Shown here: positions 60,701-64,000 of the stretch, one piece after another
Position numbering within the stretch: position 1 is the stretch's first letter
How the letters are laid out: each line of letters begins with the position of its first letter
Origin: a candidate division FCPU426 bacterium
GTDB taxonomy: Bacteria > Oederibacteriota > Muellerivitia > Muellerivitales > Muellerivitaceae
Direction: 5' to 3'
Assembly (NCBI GenBank): GCA_963847625.1
Contig: CAWKAR010000033.1
Location: 79,780-143,779, forward strand
Length of the DNA stretch: 64,000 nucleotides
Program-made: the position numbers and the translations under genes
Notes under the pieces: generated by a model
The model's database searches: none
Told to the model about the DNA's origin: nothing
The model's input: only the letters and a program-made list of their open reading frames with translations

Positions 60701-63700
60701 CGCCGACTCCAACGATCACACCCACACCCACCCCGACCAACACGCCCACGAGGACGCCTACCTCTACCCCGACCCCCACACCGACGACGACACCCTCTCC
60801 CACCCCGACGAATACGCCGACCCACACACCCACGAACACTCCCACGCCGACCCCGACCACGACCCCTACGCCGACTCCGACGAACACGCCGACGAGGACG
60901 CCGACCAATACCCCCACGCTGACCCCGACCACGACGCCTACGCCCACTCCGACCAACACGCCGACGAGGACGCCTACCTCTACCCCGACCCCCACGAATA
61001 CAATTACTCCCACGCCCACCCCGACCAACACGCCCACGAATACGCTTACCCCGACACTTAGCCCGACTGGGACTACATCGCCCACGAACACCCCCACCAA
61101 CACCCCTACGCGCACTTCCACTGCCACTCCGACTTCCACGCCTACCATTACCCCCACGCCAACACCGACGAACACATCGACAAGGACACCGACTCCCACC
61201 CTCACGCCCACCCCGACGACGACCCCCACGCCCACCCCGACGAATACGCCGACCAACACACCCATAAACACACCCACGTCCACCCCGACCACGACCCCTA
61301 CGCCGACTCCGACGAATACGCCCACCCGGACGCCGACCAATACCCCCACGCTGACCCCGACCACGACTCCCACGCCCACTCCGACCAACACGCCCACAAA
61401 TACGCTTACCCCGACCCCCAGCCCTACTGGGACGACATCACCCACGAACACCCCCACCAACACCCCGACCCGCACATCCACTGCCACTCCGACTTCCACG
61501 CCTACCATTACCCCCACGCCCACCCCGACCAACACGCCCACAAGAACGCCAACCCCCACCACAACGCCGACCCCGACCACGACGCCCACGCCTACGCCTA
61601 CTAATACCCCAACGAACACGTCCATAAACACACCCACGTCCACCCCAACCACCACACCCACACCGACCCCGACGAATACCCTAACGAGGACCTCTACTCA
61701 TACCCCGACTCCCACGCCTACCATCACCCCCACGCCGACGCCAACCAACACGCCGACGAACACGCCTACCCCGACCCTCAGCCCGACTGGGACCACATCG
61801 CCCACTAACACCTCAACCAACACGCCGACCCGCACGTCCACCCCCACACCAACTCTCACACAGACGATCACCCCCACCCTCACCCCTACCAATACACTTA
61901 CTCTGACGCCTACAATGACCCCCACGAACACGGCGACGGTCGTGCCTTCGTTGACGCCAACCAATACGCCTACTTTGACACCCACGCTGACTCCTACAAA
62001 CACAGTGACATCTGTACCTACCTTGACGCCCACGAACACATTAACCTTGTCCCCATCCGTGACGCCGACGAATACCGCTACGGTGCAGCCAACCTTGACG
62101 CCCACGAACACCTTGACGTTGTCCCCGTCCGTGACGCCGACGAACACGGCGACGATCCAACCTACCTTGACGCCCACGAACACATTAACCTTGTCCCCAT
62201 CCGTGACCCCGACGAATACCGCGACGATCCAGCCCACCTTGACGCCCACGAACACATTGACGCTGTCCCCGACCCTGACGTACACACCCACCATTACCAA
62301 CACGCCTAGCAACACCCCGATAGTGACGATAACCTACACGCCCACGAACACATTCACAGTGACCAACACATTCACGGTGACCGACACGCGGACCCAGACG
62401 AACACTCCCACTATTACCAACACGCCTAGCAACACCCCGACGGTGACTATTACTTACACACCGACGAACACGCGCACAGTGACCAACACGCCTACAGTGA
62501 CCAACACATTAACCATAACGAATACATCCACCATTACGAACACGCCAAGCAATACCCCGACGGTGACGATTACTTACACTCCGACAAACACCTGCACAGT
62601 GACCAACACGTTCACGGTGACCAATACGAAGACCCAGACGAACACTCCCACCATTACCAACACGCCCACCAACACTCCAACGGTGACAATAACCTACACG
62701 CCCACGAACACGTTCACAGTGACCAACACATTCACGGTGACCGACACGCGGACCCAGACGAACACTCCCACCATTACCAACACGCCCACCAACACCCCGA
62801 CGGTAACGAATACTTACACGCCGACAAACACGTTCACTGTGACTAACACGTTCACTATTACCGATACGAAGACCCAGACGAACACTCCCACCATTACCAA
62901 CACGCCCACCAACACCTCAACGGTAACGAATACCTACACTCCGACGAATACATTCACTGTGACCAACACTTTCACTATTACCGATACGAAGACCCAGACG
63001 AACACTCCCACCATTACCAACACACCCACCAACACCCCGACGGTAACGAATACCTACACACCGACGAATACGTTCACTGTGACCAACACTTTCACTATTA
63101 CCGATACGAAGACCCAGACGAACACTCCCACCATTACCAACACGCCCACCAACACCCCGACGGTGACGAATACCTACACACCGACGAATACGTTCACTGT
63201 GACCAACACTTTCACTATTACCGATACGAAGACCCAGACGAACACTCCCACCATTACCAACACGCCCACCAACACCCCGACGGTGACGAATACCTACACT
63301 CCGACAAATACATTCACTGTGACCAACACTTTCACTATTACCGATACGAAGACCCAGACGAACACTCCCACCATTACCAACACGCCCACCAGCACCCCGA
63401 CGGTGACGAATACCTACACGCCGACAAACACGTTCACTGTGACTAACACGTTCACTATTACCGATACGAAGACCCAGACGAACACTCCCACCATTACCAA
63501 CACGCCCACCAGCACCCCGACGGTGACGAATACCTACACGCCGACAAACACGTTCACTGTGACTAACACGTTCACTATTACCGATACGAAGACCCAGACG
63601 AACACTCCCACCATTACCAACACGCCCACCAACACCTCAACGGTAACGAATACCTACACTCCGACGAATACGTTCACTGTAACCAACACGTTCACGGTTA

Positions 63701-63959
63701 CTGATACGAAGACCCAGACGAACACCCCCACCATCACCAACACACCCACCAACACCCCGACGGTGACGAATACCTACACTCCGACAAACACGTTCACTGT
63801 GACTAACACGTTCACGGTTACTGATACGAAGACCCAGACGAACACTCCTACCATTACCAACACCCCCACCAACACCCCGACGGTAACGAATACCTACACT
63901 CCGACGAATACGTTCACTGTGACCAACACTTTCACTATTACCAATACGAAGACCGAGAC
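57760..63959 (+). CDS. Large secreted protein: PA14, DUF11, CBM3-like, >1400-aa Thr-rich stalk; 3'-truncated
   Basis: Signal peptide; PA14 ([18 protein letters not shown]); DUF11-like [10 protein letters not shown] and KTANP..PGGPVTY; CBM3-like segment. The repeat breaks into adapter-like sequence at 63960. Confidence 0.82.
59545..63955 (+). repeat. Coding tandem repeats: TP-rich zone, 360-nt units, 72-nt units, about 14 x 120-nt units
   Basis: SPTGTTSP at ~61060, 61420, 61780; CTTGACGCCCACGAACAC every 72 nt at ~62021-62237; a CCATTACCAACAC-like word every 120 nt from 62291 to 63851. Confidence 0.92.
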
Positions 63960-63970
63960 AGCAATACGTA
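63960..63970 (+). other. Probable Oxford Nanopore ligation adapter remnant
   Basis: AGCAATACGTA is the reverse complement of the adapter end TACGTATTGCT, and sits where the 120-nt repeat register breaks. Confidence 0.7.
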
Positions 63971-64000
63971 TGCTTGAGTAGATGTTATATAAAACATAAC

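Noticed and set aside
54124..62315. Long minus-strand V/G-rich ORFs and alternative-frame R/P-rich ORFs
   Set aside because: These are shadows of the ACN-NNN periodic Thr repeats.
62280..63955. 120-nt periodic array as a CRISPR or ncRNA array
   Set aside because: It is an in-frame coding repeat with mostly synonymous variation, no unique spacers and no cas genes.

Overview
Bacterial genomic window (moderate GC, probably an uncultured lineage) dominated by cell-envelope glycosylation, acylation and surface-protein genes. It begins inside an AddA/UvrD helicase-nuclease. It then carries 11 multi-membrane GT-C-fold (PMT/ArnT, GT39/GT83-like) glycosyltransferases, 7 of them closely related paralogs with TPR-like tails, interleaved with a squalene operon (hpnC, hpnD, hpnE). 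Next come an SGNH protein + DltX-like peptide + MBOAT acyl-transfer module, tRNA-Val(CAC), a split transketolase with an epimerase-GT2 fusion, a sulfotransferase/GT2/TIGR03032-like operon, an NHL-SGNH protein, pcm, a Sel1 protein, a divergent partial Mrp-like operon and an acyltransferase-3. The window ends with two very large secreted proteins with alternating-Thr (T-x-T-x) stalks: a GH9 with a T9SS-like C-terminal domain, and a PA14/DUF11/CBM3-like protein. Structure not explained by the genes: (i) several gene-end remnants at junctions (hpnD 5' end, hpnE 3' end, NHL-SGNH 3' end, GT stubs) recording duplication-driven expansion; (ii) three related palindromic elements with nested dif-like mini-modules, two of which flank the Mrp-like cassette in inverted orientation; (iii) an Avd-like four-helix-bundle gene with no reverse transcriptase. 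The best system-level hypothesis (inference) is a lipid-linked-sugar, multi-GT-C O-glycosylation/acylation system that decorates Thr-rich secreted proteins. The last ~40 nt contain a probable nanopore adapter remnant, so the final CDS is truncated and homopolymer indels in the window are suspect. All family assignments come from motif recognition by eye; no database searches were run.
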